A stretch of DNA of 64,000 nucleotides from Bryobacteraceae bacterium (GTDB taxonomy: Bacteria; Acidobacteriota; Terriglobia; Bryobacterales; Bryobacteraceae): contig DASQJB010000200.1 in the NCBI GenBank assembly GCA_035631295.1, positions 2,227 to 66,226 of the forward strand. Reading direction: 5' to 3'. The notes below the pieces were generated by a model that was given only the letters and a program-made list of their open reading frames with translations, was not told where the DNA came from and ran no database searches. Made by a program: the position numbers and the translations under genes. How positions within the stretch are numbered: position 1 is the stretch's first letter; each line of letters starts with the position of its first letter. Of this stretch, positions 27,817 through 37,400 are shown in pieces.

Positions 27817-29508
27817 GTGAGGAAAAGAGATGCGGAATGTTACTCTGGTCTCGGCTTGAACATACGCGCTTCCAGCTCCAAGCTGACGCTCGCTGTCATC
27901 CCGGTGGGGTTATTCGCCGCGGGTGTTCTCCTTAAGCATGAGCACGGGCCGTACTATCTGCGCAACAACTTTGATCCCGAATACAACTATCTCCTCAACT
28001 CCCTCAGCCTGTTAACCCTGCATGCTCCGAGGCACAACGATCACCCAGGCGTGACGCTTCAGATACTCGGCGCGGCGGTCGAATGGCTCAAATGGCTCGG
28101 GCGCTTCCTGCTCGGGAACCGCCAGTCCCTGAGCGACTCGGTCCTGTCCCGCCCGGAATCGTATTTGCGCACGATGAATCTGGTTCTGAATGTCTTGCTT
28201 GGCGGAGCGCTCTATTGGTCTGCCAGCGCCATTTACAAGGCGTCGAAATCGCTTCCTTCAGCGATGCTCCTTCAGGGAACCGTGGTGATGTATCACCAAA
28301 CGTTTCTGGCGCTGCCGCGCGTGTCTCCCGAGCCGCTGGTGGTGGCGATCGGCCTCGCACTCATGGCCGTGCTGGCTCCTGTCGTCCTCGCGGAAGAAGG
28401 CAATGCGGTGAATGAACTGCGGCTCGCTACGACCGCCGGGGCGCTCTTTGGGTTGGGACTGATGACCAAGGTCACTTTCGCGCCCTGGGTTGCGGTGGTT
28501 CTATTGTTCTCCCAGAAATCTTATCGAAAGCGCTTTTTGATGGCGGCTGTCGCCACTGTGCTCATCCTCCTCCTGCCTATAGCCACGAGAATCCCCCACA
28601 TGGCGTCCTGGTTTACATCGCTGGCGACGCATTCGGGATCTTACGGCCAAGGCCCGGTTGGACTTCCTGCGGCGCATGTCCTTGCCACGAGCTTGTTCTT
28701 GCTCTGGCAGGAGGAGTCGCCCTTCTTTTGGCTTTTTGGACTGTATCTCGCCTTGCTGATCCTGCTTTTCTTGTTCCGGCTGCAAGGCGACGCGGCCAGG
28801 GTCCGAGTTAGGCGCGCCGCGCTGCGCTTGCTTCTGGCAGGCGTCATCGCCATAGTTGCCGCAACCGCGATGGTGACGAAACACACTGAAACTCGCTACC
28901 TGTTGCCTGCACTGATCCTGACGGCGTTCGTCAACTCGACTTTCTGCGCTTTGGCGCTGCATTCCGAATTCGACCGGCCGGCGGCGCGGTGGCTATGTCT
29001 GGCTGTGGTAATCGCGTTCCTCGGAATCGGGCTCGTCCGCAACGAGCCGTTTCTGCGGCGGTGGGTCGACAAGTCGCGATCCGATCAGCGGAGTATCGCC
29101 CAAGTGCGCACCCTGGAAGGCCGCTTGTCCGGATGCGAGATCATCGGCTCGTATGCGCCTTCTCTTCCCATTTATGCGCTCGCCTTTGGAAGCGACTATT
29201 CCGGGGGTGTCCATTGGAATGCCCTGCAGAAACTCTATCCTGGCGTGATCCACTACGATCCTTTCGGGCGGCAATTCCTGTCGTTTGCGTTTGACCAGAA
29301 GATCGACGACGTGAAACAGATGGTGAAGAGCGGGAAATGTGTCCTTATAGAAAGCGACCCGCTGGACGAGAGCACCTTTAACGTGTTTCGGCTCCGCGAC
29401 GGCATCGAGCTCGAGACATTGACGATTGTCGGCAATCCGTTTCCGCCCTCGGAGCCGACAGCCCTGTACCGATTGCGGCCTGCCGTCGCCGCTAAAGTAG
29501 ATCCGTAA
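27817..29508 (+). CDS. Polytopic membrane protein with a C-terminal soluble domain; GT-C-type glycosyltransferase is only a guess
   Basis: 563-aa ORF with ~10 hydrophobic segments, an early loop motif FDPEYNY ... HNDHPG, and a non-hydrophobic last ~160 aa. GTG start. Confidence 0.5.
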   Translation: MRKRDAECYSGLGLNIRASSSKLTLAVIPVGLFAAGVLLKHEHGPYYLRNNFDPEYNYLLNSLSLLTLHAPRHNDHPGVTLQILGAAVEWLKWLGRFLLGNRQSLSDSVLSRPESYLRTMNLVLNVLLGGALYWSASAIYKASKSLPSAMLLQGTVVMYHQTFLALPRVSPEPLVVAIGLALMAVLAPVVLAEEGNAVNELRLATTAGALFGLGLMTKVTFAPWVAVVLLFSQKSYRKRFLMAAVATVLILLLPIATRIPHMASWFTSLATHSGSYGQGPVGLPAAHVLATSLFLLWQEESPFFWLFGLYLALLILLFLFRLQGDAARVRVRRAALRLLLAGVIAIVAATAMVTKHTETRYLLPALILTAFVNSTFCALALHSEFDRPAARWLCLAVVIAFLGIGLVRNEPFLRRWVDKSRSDQRSIAQVRTLEGRLSGCEIIGSYAPSLPIYALAFGSDYSGGVHWNALQKLYPGVIHYDPFGRQFLSFAFDQKIDDVKQMVKSGKCVLIESDPLDESTFNVFRLRDGIELETLTIVGNPFPPSEPTALYRLRPAVAAKVDP

Positions 29509-29597
29509 GGCCTATCTTTCGGTAGACTCCAAAATCCTCCCAAATCTCGATGGTATTGACCGTTGCTTCGGCTTACTCTCGCTCTGGGAGGCATTTC

Positions 29598-31427
29598 ATG
29601 AAAACACTGTTATTTCTCTGTTGCGCTGCGGCGCTGCACGCCGCGGATCGCTGGTACGAGATCCGGATCGCCGGACAGCCGTCGGGCTATCAGCACTCGA
29701 CCGCTGAAGTTTTGGACGGCGGTCAGATTCAGTCGACCGACGAAATGGTTATCGTCATCAACCGCCTGGGTAGCAAAGTCGAAATCAAGACGAAGGAAGA
29801 GAGCCTTGAAAACGCCGCTGGAGAATTGCTTTCCGTGCGGGAGGAAACAAGCCAGTCTGCGCAGACTGTAATTACCGACGCGCAGCTCAAGGGAGACCGG
29901 ATTCTGTTACACTCGACCGTTGGATCAAGCTCGTACAATCGTTCGATGACGCTCAAGGCGCCAGTCTGCGGACCTGCGGCGTTCGCCCGCCTGATTGAAC
30001 GGCTCAAAGGTGCGGGCGACGAAGTCTCGTGCAGACTCTACACTCCCAGCATCGGCGCGCCGTATAAATCCACACGTACTCTCATGGGGGTGGAAACCTC
30101 GGATGGCCAGAGAGTTCTGCGAGTAAAAACCGAACTTGACGGTGTTCCAGGGGCGCTCACCGAGTTGCTGGATCCTGAAGGTTTCCCTTTCCAAAGCCAA
30201 CGCGAGATGCCGTTCGGCATGATGGTCGTGAAATCCGTGGATCGGGAAACAGCGCTTCGGGCAGCCGTTGGCGCCGAACTGCCTGCCGAGTCCTTTGATC
30301 GCACCCTGGCCCGCTCCAACGTCCGCTTCGCGAATGCGCGCGCGGTCGAACGCGTGAGGCTTAAGCTGACCCATAAGAAGCCCGAACTGGGGTGGCCTGC
30401 GTTCACCAGCCCGATGCAAACGGTCCTTGAAAAGACTCCGTCAACGATGGTCCTGGAAATCAAGAGTCCCTCGCGCCAGGCATCCAACGAAAAGATCGAC
30501 GAAGCGCCATTCCTGAGGCCGAACCAGATTCTTCAATCCGACGATCCCGAGGTGGCGCGACTGGCGCGTGAAATCGCGGGCGACGAACGCGACCGATTCA
30601 AAGTCGCCCGCAAGCTACAGGACTGGGTCGCGGCCAACATGACCTTCGATCTTGGCGTCGCGCTGGCGCCGGCATCCGAGGTGGTCCGTAATCGACATGG
30701 CACATGCATGGCTTACTCGGTTCTGCTGGCCTCCATGGCGCGGGCGCTTGGCATTCCGTCGCGGCTAGCGGGCGGATACATCTATGTCTACGGCATATGG
30801 GGCGGGCATGCGTGGGTGGAACTCCTGATCGATAATCAATGGTTGCCCATCGACGCCGCGGGATATCGTCCGGGTCTAGCCGACGCGGCCCGTATTCAGT
30901 TCGGAAGCTACACGGCTGAGAACAATCTGGCCGCGTTCGTCGTTTCGGGCAGTCAAATGTATGCCAACGTCGAAATCGAGGTCCTTGACTATTCAGTCGG
31001 AGGAAAAACGATCCGCGTTCCGGAACCAGCGGAACGGTACGCAGTCTCCGGGAACGAGTACCGCAGCGACGGGCTGGGGGTGTCTATCCGCAAGCCCGAA
31101 GGTTTTAGCTTCGCCAAGCTCGATGCAGTTTATCCAGACCCTACCATTCTCGAAATGCAGCGGGGCAAGGAGAAGGTCACAATCGCAATGGCGGAGGCGG
31201 TCGCCAACGCAGATTCCGCCATCCGCAAGCTGGCTGCGCGCGCCGGCTCGGAGGCAGTTCCCGCGAAGATCGACAGCCGGGAGGCGGTGATTATCTCGTC
31301 GGTTGGTAAAGTCAGTCTGGTTTCCAGGGACGGCCAGTCTCTGTGGATTATCAACGCCGAGGGCCCGGATGCCGGGGGCCTTCTCGATCAGGTCTTGAGA
31401 GGTTGGAAATGGCGCTCGCCTCAGTGA
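29598..31427 (+). CDS. Transglutaminase-like (papain-fold Cys protease superfamily) domain protein, secreted
   Basis: CTGGGAGG lies upstream of ATG 29598; signal peptide present. Core RNRHGTCMAYSVLLASMARALGIPSRL ... GGHAWVELL ... WLPIDAA (Cys-His-Asp). Confidence 0.8.
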   Translation: MKTLLFLCCAAALHAADRWYEIRIAGQPSGYQHSTAEVLDGGQIQSTDEMVIVINRLGSKVEIKTKEESLENAAGELLSVREETSQSAQTVITDAQLKGDRILLHSTVGSSSYNRSMTLKAPVCGPAAFARLIERLKGAGDEVSCRLYTPSIGAPYKSTRTLMGVETSDGQRVLRVKTELDGVPGALTELLDPEGFPFQSQREMPFGMMVVKSVDRETALRAAVGAELPAESFDRTLARSNVRFANARAVERVRLKLTHKKPELGWPAFTSPMQTVLEKTPSTMVLEIKSPSRQASNEKIDEAPFLRPNQILQSDDPEVARLAREIAGDERDRFKVARKLQDWVAANMTFDLGVALAPASEVVRNRHGTCMAYSVLLASMARALGIPSRLAGGYIYVYGIWGGHAWVELLIDNQWLPIDAAGYRPGLADAARIQFGSYTAENNLAAFVVSGSQMYANVEIEVLDYSVGGKTIRVPEPAERYAVSGNEYRSDGLGVSIRKPEGFSFAKLDAVYPDPTILEMQRGKEKVTIAMAEAVANADSAIRKLAARAGSEAVPAKIDSREAVIISSVGKVSLVSRDGQSLWIINAEGPDAGGLLDQVLRGWKWRSPQ

Positions 31428-32569
31428 TGGATTGGATCGGAAGGTTGGTTGCTAATCCCGATCCTGCCCTGCAGAAGCGGATGGAACGTGCGCAGCCGTT
31501 TCGCGCAGAGCTGATTCGGCGCATCCGTGCGGTTTGGGCGGTTGTTTTTGCTGGACTCATCGCATTTCGCCTTTGGACGGGAGTTCATTTCCTGGACGTA
31601 TTCTTGGGAATTGCGTTTCCGGCTTTTTGGTTGTTGGGCGCCTGGAGTAACAACAGGGCGATCGCGGGCGCAGCGCTTTTGGTGAGCGTTGTGTTCGGGA
31701 CAATGTTCCTTTCGCCCATTCCTCAGTCCGGCGCTCTCGTGATCCTGCAAATCCTGGTTGCCGGGCTCGTGGTGGGCGAATTCTTCGTGGGCATCTGGAC
31801 GTTCGTGTGCGCGGTGGCCTTCCCGATTGCCACGCTGGATGGTAGCTGGCAAGTGAAAGCAGGATGGTCGGCCGTGTACATAGCGTCGGGGTGGCTCGTC
31901 ATACTGTTCTCGCGTCATTTGGAACGGCTGCTGGAAGCGAATCTGGCGGCGGAGGAGCAACAGCGCGGAGCGATTGTGGAGGAGCGCACTCGGTTCGCCC
32001 GGGAGATCCACGATACGCTGGCGCAGGGCTTCACCGGCATCATGATGCAGTTGAACGCTGCCGAGCAACGATTGCCGGCCGATTCTGAAGCTCGCGAATA
32101 TGTGAGTAAAGCGCGGGAGCTCGCCCGCGAGAGCCTGGATCAGGCGCGGCGCTCCGTATCCGCACTTCGAATGGGCGTGCTTGCCGATAGCACGCTATTG
32201 GAGGCGATCGAGCAGATTGGCCGGCAACTTACGGCTGAATCCAAGGTGAATTTTGAAACCAGCCTGGAAGGAGCGCCCTATCCGCTCAGTGAGCCGCGCG
32301 AAGCCAATCTTTTACGGATCGCTCAGGAAGCGCTGACAAACGCGGTGCGGCATTCGGGCGCCGACCACATTCGTGTCCGGCTCGCGTATCAGGCCAGCTC
32401 GACCGCCCTCGAAGTCGAAGACAATGGGGGCGGCATGGGCGATGCGACGGGAGGAGGTTTCGGCGTGGATGGGATTCGGGAACGCGTCCGGCAGATCGGC
32501 GGCCAGATCGACATCCGCACGCAGTCTGGCCGTGGCACACGCGTTATAGTGATCGTTCCGAATGCCTGA
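31409..32569 (+). CDS. Sensor histidine kinase (HisKA_3/NarX-DesK type), membrane-bound
   Basis: Several TM segments; H-box EERTRFAREIHDTLAQ; ATPase motifs EALTNAVRHSGA, DNGGGM, GFGVDGIRERV. Alternative start at ATG 31427. Confidence 0.85.
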   Translation: MALASVMDWIGRLVANPDPALQKRMERAQPFRAELIRRIRAVWAVVFAGLIAFRLWTGVHFLDVFLGIAFPAFWLLGAWSNNRAIAGAALLVSVVFGTMFLSPIPQSGALVILQILVAGLVVGEFFVGIWTFVCAVAFPIATLDGSWQVKAGWSAVYIASGWLVILFSRHLERLLEANLAAEEQQRGAIVEERTRFAREIHDTLAQGFTGIMMQLNAAEQRLPADSEAREYVSKARELARESLDQARRSVSALRMGVLADSTLLEAIEQIGRQLTAESKVNFETSLEGAPYPLSEPREANLLRIAQEALTNAVRHSGADHIRVRLAYQASSTALEVEDNGGGMGDATGGGFGVDGIRERVRQIGGQIDIRTQSGRGTRVIVIVPNA

Positions 32570-33188
32570 GCCGATCCGGATCCTAATCGCGGACGATCAT
32601 GCCGTGGTCCGAGACGGACTCGCCGCGATGCTGTCGTTCCAGCCGGATATGGCAGTCGCCACCCACGCGCGAAACGGGCGTGAAGCCCTTGAGCAATATC
32701 GCGCTGTCAGACCGGACGTCGTGGTCATGGACCTTGCCATGCCCGAGCTCGACGGCGTGGGCGCCATCATCGCGATCCGCGCCGAATTCACGGACGCCCG
32801 CATCCTGGTGCTGACGACTTACGACGGCGATGAGAACGTGTACCGCGCCCTGGAGAACGGAGCTAAAGGATATCTGCTGAAGGACTGCTCGACCGAAGAC
32901 TTACTCACTGCCATTCGCGCGGTGCACATGGGCGGTACGCACGTCTCAGCGCGCGCCGCCGCCAAGCTGGCGGAACGAACCATGGGCGGCGCGGCGCTCT
33001 CGGCCCGGGAGGTTGAGGTATTGACGCTGATCGCCGCGGGCAAGAGCAACAAGGAGATTGCCGGGCTCCTGTTCATCAGCGAGGGCACCGTGAAGACGCA
33101 CGTGCTCAGCATCCACGAAAAACTCGGCGTTGGCGATCGAACCGAAGCCGTGGTTACTGCGATCAAGCGAGGGATTCTGCGGGTGTAG
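32562..33188 (+). CDS. Response regulator, NarL/FixJ family (LuxR-type HTH)
   Basis: Receiver domain (ILIADDH ... VVVMDLAMP ... K) plus LSAREVEVLTLIAAGKSNKEIAGLLFISEGTVKTHV. Overlaps the kinase stop by 8 nt. Confidence 0.9.
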   Translation: MPEPIRILIADDHAVVRDGLAAMLSFQPDMAVATHARNGREALEQYRAVRPDVVVMDLAMPELDGVGAIIAIRAEFTDARILVLTTYDGDENVYRALENGAKGYLLKDCSTEDLLTAIRAVHMGGTHVSARAAAKLAERTMGGAALSAREVEVLTLIAAGKSNKEIAGLLFISEGTVKTHVLSIHEKLGVGDRTEAVVTAIKRGILRV

Positions 33189-33206
33189 ATAGGCGCGGGC
33201 GTTGGC

Positions 33207-34421
33207 CTACTTGCCGATCTCGACCAATCCCACCATGTTCAGCCCGCTCTCGGCGATCACGATGTTTCCGTCGCGCGTGGTCATCATGTTGCGCACCACG
33301 CCGCCGCCCGCGGGAATCGCCCAAGTTTGGAACTTCTCCGTCTTCGGATCGAACCGGACCATCGTGTTCGGCTTCACCGCCGACTCGCTGTACCAGATGA
33401 CTCCGTTCAGGAACGTGATTCCGTAGGGCTGCGAAAACGGACCGCCGGGCGAAGGCCAATCCTTCACCGATCCCGTCTTGGGATCGAGCCGCCCCAAGTA
33501 TCCGCGCGAGTAATCGGCGTAGTAGATCATGTCGTCGTTGGTGATGGCGATGCGCCTCGGGCGCGACTCGGGATTGGGCAGCGTCCATTCTTTGATCGCC
33601 ATGGTTTGCGGATCGATCGCCGCGATCTTCGGTGCGCCAAATTCGCAGTAGTAGGGGGTTCCTTTGGAATCCACAACCATGCCGTACGGCAGCGAGCCCT
33701 TCGTAGGCGAATCCACCAGCTTGATCTCGCCGGTCTGCGGATTGAGCCTACCGAGTTTATTCGACTGCTGCACCGTAAAGAACAAGGTGCCCTTCGAATC
33801 GAAGATCGGAGTGTGCGGGTCGCGAGCCTCAGGCGGAAGCTTGTACTCGGTGAACTTGCCGGTCTTAGGATCGAGCTTGCCAATATAGCCCTTGGAGTTC
33901 GCCGTGAACCAGATGTTGCCGTCCTTGTCTTCCGTGAGTCCATGCGGACCGGAGCCAGAAACGGTCGGACGGAACTCCTTGATCTCTCCCGTCTTCATAT
34001 CCACGCGGCCGAGCACGCTCGCGTACTGGCCGGTGTACCAGAGATAATCGTCGTGCGTCGCCAGCGGGTCGTGCGGCCGGGAGCCGACCGTGGGCGCCGT
34101 CCATTCTTTGAAGCTGATCTTCACCGTCCCGGGAATGATCTTCGCCGGCGGCACGTTACCTTCAGGGAAATTCTTCGCGAGGTAAGTGGTCACCGCGGTC
34201 ATTTTGTCCTTTGGGATTTCTGCGCCGGCCGACACCATGCGTTCGACCACCAATTTCCAATCCTCAGCAGTGTGCCCTGCTCCAGTAATCATCGTTATGG
34301 GGTGGCAGGTCGTACAAGCCGACTGAACCAGGGCTTGGACGTCTCCGGCGGGCAGCGGTTTCGCGGCCTGCTGAGCAAAAGCGGGCGCCGTTAAAAGCAC
34401 AAAGAGAAATTTCGAGGACAT
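33207..34421 (-). CDS. Secreted protein: N-terminal c-type haem-binding motif domain fused to a Vgb (virginiamycin B lyase)-like beta-propeller
   Basis: Signal peptide; CTTCH haem motif with ...AEDWKLVVERM. Repeated ~40-aa blades (GPHGLTEDKDGNIWFT, LPYGMVVDSKGTPYY, QPYGITFLNGVIWYS). Confidence 0.65.
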   Translation of the reverse strand: MSSKFLFVLLTAPAFAQQAAKPLPAGDVQALVQSACTTCHPITMITGAGHTAEDWKLVVERMVSAGAEIPKDKMTAVTTYLAKNFPEGNVPPAKIIPGTVKISFKEWTAPTVGSRPHDPLATHDDYLWYTGQYASVLGRVDMKTGEIKEFRPTVSGSGPHGLTEDKDGNIWFTANSKGYIGKLDPKTGKFTEYKLPPEARDPHTPIFDSKGTLFFTVQQSNKLGRLNPQTGEIKLVDSPTKGSLPYGMVVDSKGTPYYCEFGAPKIAAIDPQTMAIKEWTLPNPESRPRRIAITNDDMIYYADYSRGYLGRLDPKTGSVKDWPSPGGPFSQPYGITFLNGVIWYSESAVKPNTMVRFDPKTEKFQTWAIPAGGGVVRNMMTTRDGNIVIAESGLNMVGLVEIGK

Positions 34422-34492
34422 GCGAAAACCTCCAGGGGTTTATTCTATCCCGATCCAGCAGCGCCGGCGCGTGCTTAACTTAAAGGTACGCC

Positions 34493-35533
34493 ATGCCCCT
34501 TACGCCCTTCCTTCACCGGGTCGCAGCCGGTGCGCACCTTAGCTCCGAAGACGCGTTTCAGGCTATGAGCGTGTTGCTGGAAGGCTCCTCGAGCGAAAGC
34601 GTCATTGCGGCCTTTCTGATTGCGCTCAAGATGAAGGGCGAGACGGCGGAGGAACTCGCTGGATTCGCCCGCGCGATGCGCGAGCGCATGATCGCGGTAG
34701 AAGCAGGCAGCGATGTCGTCGACACCTGCGGAACCGGTGGCGACGGCTCGAACACTTTCAACATCTCTACCGTCGCGGCGTTGGTGATGGCGGGAGCCGG
34801 AGCGCGGGTCGCCAAGCATGGCAACCGGTCGCTCTCGAGCCAAACCGGCAGCGCAGACGTCCTGGAAGCTCTGGGCGTGCGCGTCGCCATGACGCCGGAC
34901 GAGGCCGCGCGCGCGATTCGTGAAGTCGGCATCGGCTTTCTTTTCGCGCCCCACTTGCACCCGGCCATGAAATACGCGCAGCCCGTGCGCCGAGCGCTGA
35001 AGTTACGCACGGTGTTCAATCTGCTGGGTCCTTTGGCGAACCCCGCGCGTGCGTCCCGGCAATTGATTGGAGCACCCTCTCCCCAAGCAGCCAAACTCAT
35101 GGCGGAAGCTCTAGCGGAATTGGGCGCCGTTCATGCGTTCGTGGTCCATGGTCATGATGGGCTGGACGAGATTACCATCACCGGCCCCACCGATGTCTGG
35201 CGAGTTTGCGCCGGAAGCGTTCAAAAGACTGTGTGGACGCCGTCCGATTTCGACTTGAAGTGCGCCCCGCTCGAATCGCTGCGCGGAGGCAGCGCGGCTT
35301 CGAACGCCTTGATCACCCAGGAGATTTTGGCTGGCGAGCCGGGTCCGCGCCGCGACATTGTGCTGGCAAACGCCGCCGCGGGGCTCGTGGCGGCGGGCAT
35401 TTCGCCGGATCTTCGCTCAGGCATGAAACTCGCCAGGGAATCGATCGATTCCGGATGCGCTTTGCGAACGCTGGAATTACTTAAAAAAAACTTTCCCGCC
35501 GCTGATCCACTTTTCTTGGAGACTGCGCGTTAA
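34493..35533 (+). CDS. trpD: Anthranilate phosphoribosyltransferase
   Basis: DTCGTGGDGSNTFNISTVAALV, KHGNRS, and full-length colinearity with TrpD. Confidence 0.92.
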   Translation: MPLTPFLHRVAAGAHLSSEDAFQAMSVLLEGSSSESVIAAFLIALKMKGETAEELAGFARAMRERMIAVEAGSDVVDTCGTGGDGSNTFNISTVAALVMAGAGARVAKHGNRSLSSQTGSADVLEALGVRVAMTPDEAARAIREVGIGFLFAPHLHPAMKYAQPVRRALKLRTVFNLLGPLANPARASRQLIGAPSPQAAKLMAEALAELGAVHAFVVHGHDGLDEITITGPTDVWRVCAGSVQKTVWTPSDFDLKCAPLESLRGGSAASNALITQEILAGEPGPRRDIVLANAAAGLVAAGISPDLRSGMKLARESIDSGCALRTLELLKKNFPAADPLFLETAR

Positions 35534-35661
35534 CTTGTGTCGGAGGGAGCAGGCGGTAGTGGAGCGCGTGCTTCCAAATACCGGCGGCGCCGGCCGGGTC
35601 GCGCTGGGGTAGAGCGTGAGCCTGGCCGTGCCGTCCGTTCTTATTGGTATTATTCCGGGGA

Positions 35662-36429
35662 ATGCCGCGAGTGCGCTTGTTCCACTGGAAAACTCAGGAA
35701 GCCGTCCCTCTGATTGCCGATCTCGAGGCGGCGGGTTTTTCGGTCGATTACGAAGAGCAGCTATCTTCATCTTCCTTCCGCCGCGTGAGGGAATCGCAGC
35801 CCCATGCGTTCGTCGTGGATTTGTCGTCGCGGCCCTCGCACGGGAGAGAAGTCGCGATCGCCCTACGTGGCCATAAGGCCACGCGTCATGTGCCGATCCT
35901 ATTCGTGAACGGCGAGCCCGAGAAAGTGGAAGGCGTGCGGCGCATGCTTCCGGACGCGACCTACGTCACGGGCGCTCGCCTGATTCCAGCCCTTCGGCGA
36001 GCCAAGACAGTCTCAAAGCCCCTCATTCCCGCTCAGATGATGGATCGCTACGCCGGTCGCACCGCGGCGCAAAAGCTCGGCATCGGCAAAGGAGCCCGGG
36101 TGGCTGTGGTGGATCCGCCTGCCGATTACGCCCGTGCGATCGGCGACCTTCCCGAGGGGGCATTCTTTGAAGAGGAAGATTTCGCCGTCTGCAAGATCAC
36201 GCTGTGGTTCGTGCACGATTACCCCGCTTTGCAGGCCGCGATGCCGGAAATAAGGCGAACCGCCACGCGGCATCGGCTCTGGATTCTGTGGCGCAAAGGC
36301 AAGGGTGGCCCACTGGATGGGGGCATAATCCGAACTTGCGCGAACCGGGTAGGTCTGGTGGATTATAAGGTCTGCTCGGTTAACGAAACCTGGAGCGGCA
36401 TGGCGTTCGCGGTCAAAAAGCCGCGGTGA
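35662..36429 (+). CDS. Hypothetical protein: receiver-like N-terminal fold plus a DUF3052-like C-terminal region (tentative)
   Basis: ATG 35662. The N-terminus resembles a CheY-like alpha/beta layer (VRLFHW ... AFVVDLS ... PILFV) without the acidic pair. The C-terminus carries AAQKLGIGKGARVAVVDPP. Confidence 0.5.
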   Translation: MPRVRLFHWKTQEAVPLIADLEAAGFSVDYEEQLSSSSFRRVRESQPHAFVVDLSSRPSHGREVAIALRGHKATRHVPILFVNGEPEKVEGVRRMLPDATYVTGARLIPALRRAKTVSKPLIPAQMMDRYAGRTAAQKLGIGKGARVAVVDPPADYARAIGDLPEGAFFEEEDFAVCKITLWFVHDYPALQAAMPEIRRTATRHRLWILWRKGKGGPLDGGIIRTCANRVGLVDYKVCSVNETWSGMAFAVKKPR

Positions 36430-36464
36430 AGCGCAGCCAAGGTTCTCGCGCGTCTCGTGGCGAC

Positions 36465-37142
36465 TTATGCGTCCTCGTTTGGACTGGCAACGGGGGCCAG
36501 CCACAATACGGTGTCGCCAAGCAAGTCGACCCGGGTTAGATCTTGATCGATGCTGACGCCGTTTACGATCTGTTTTTTGCTCTGGATCATCTGATACCCG
36601 CGGCCTTCTATCTCAGGCACGTCGCTCAAAGACTTCCAATAATGCGTGAACTTGAGGCGGAAACGGAGTTCGTGCCCATCCAGAACTCCATCCGCGCCAA
36701 CATACAAGCCTGGAACGTAGCCGGCTGAAGCCACTGCATCGTACCAGGAGTTACAGTAGCCGATCACCTGTTGGTTAGACGCATTCCCGCTCACTCCCTC
36801 GAGATCGCACCAGACATTAACGCCCTGCGGAAATCCGATGACAAATGCATGGTAGGCGGCAAGAACGCCATCCAAGGCGCCAAGGTCCGAGGAAGGAACC
36901 CAACCTGGGCCACGAACATGTTGTACCGGCATCAGAGCGAGCCCCGCACTGAGAATTGCCAGAGCTTCCTCAGTGGACAGGTCATCCGGATCTTGCTTTG
37001 GGACTCGGGAGACGTAGCGGATGCAATACCGATATCCGCTGCCGAAAAAGTCCTGAGCATTCGCTGGGGTTATGATGACGTCGGTGTCGAAACCCAATAG
37101 CCCGCCGGCTGCGGCATCGACAATCCCGGGAAGCGTCGGCAT
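36465..37142 (-). CDS. DUF1906 (Rv2525c-like glycoside-hydrolase-like) domain protein
   Basis: GFDT...ITPANAQDF...YRYCIRYVS...LSTEEALAILSAGLALMPV pattern. By eye the gene is AT-richer than its neighbours. Alternative GTG start at 37184. Confidence 0.6.
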   Translation of the reverse strand: MPTLPGIVDAAAGGLLGFDTDVIITPANAQDFFGSGYRYCIRYVSRVPKQDPDDLSTEEALAILSAGLALMPVQHVRGPGWVPSSDLGALDGVLAAYHAFVIGFPQGVNVWCDLEGVSGNASNQQVIGYCNSWYDAVASAGYVPGLYVGADGVLDGHELRFRLKFTHYWKSLSDVPEIEGRGYQMIQSKKQIVNGVSIDQDLTRVDLLGDTVLWLAPVASPNEDA

Positions 37143-37246
37143 ACAGCGAGATTGTATCTGCTTCGCGGCGGCTGAGGCTTTCACCAGAAGTCAACGAAAC
37201 CTGGAGGCCGTAATCCGTTGGTAAGCGCAGAACATGGACGCAGTCC

Positions 37247-37321
37247 GCTCCCTGACGGTCGCGGTTCGTGGCAGAGTGTTGGCGTTCAGCAGCCTACACC
37301 GAACCGCGACCGTTAGGGAGC
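37247..37321. repeat. 22-bp imperfect inverted repeat (one mismatch) around a 31-nt loop; REP/MITE-like palindromic element
   Basis: Left arm GCTCCCTGACGGTCGCGGTTCG (37247-37268). Right arm CGAACCGCGACCGTTAGGGAGC (37300-37321). Weaker outer complementarity at 37208-37221 and 37327-37340. Confidence 0.6.
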
Positions 37322-37400
37322 CGCAACCGATGGATTACGGGAGCCTGGACGTCCGCACTGGACTAAGTCTAGTCCGATACGTTAGGGTGGATTTGGCATA

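Noticed and set aside
33327-34394. 355-aa plus-strand ORF
   Set aside because: Antisense to the cytochrome-c/Vgb-like gene, which has a signal peptide, a CxxCH and repeated blades. The antisense frame is Arg-rich.
34422-34492. trp leader peptide or attenuator upstream of trpD
   Set aside because: The 71-bp divergent spacer has no short ORF with tandem Trp codons and no terminator/antiterminator hairpins.
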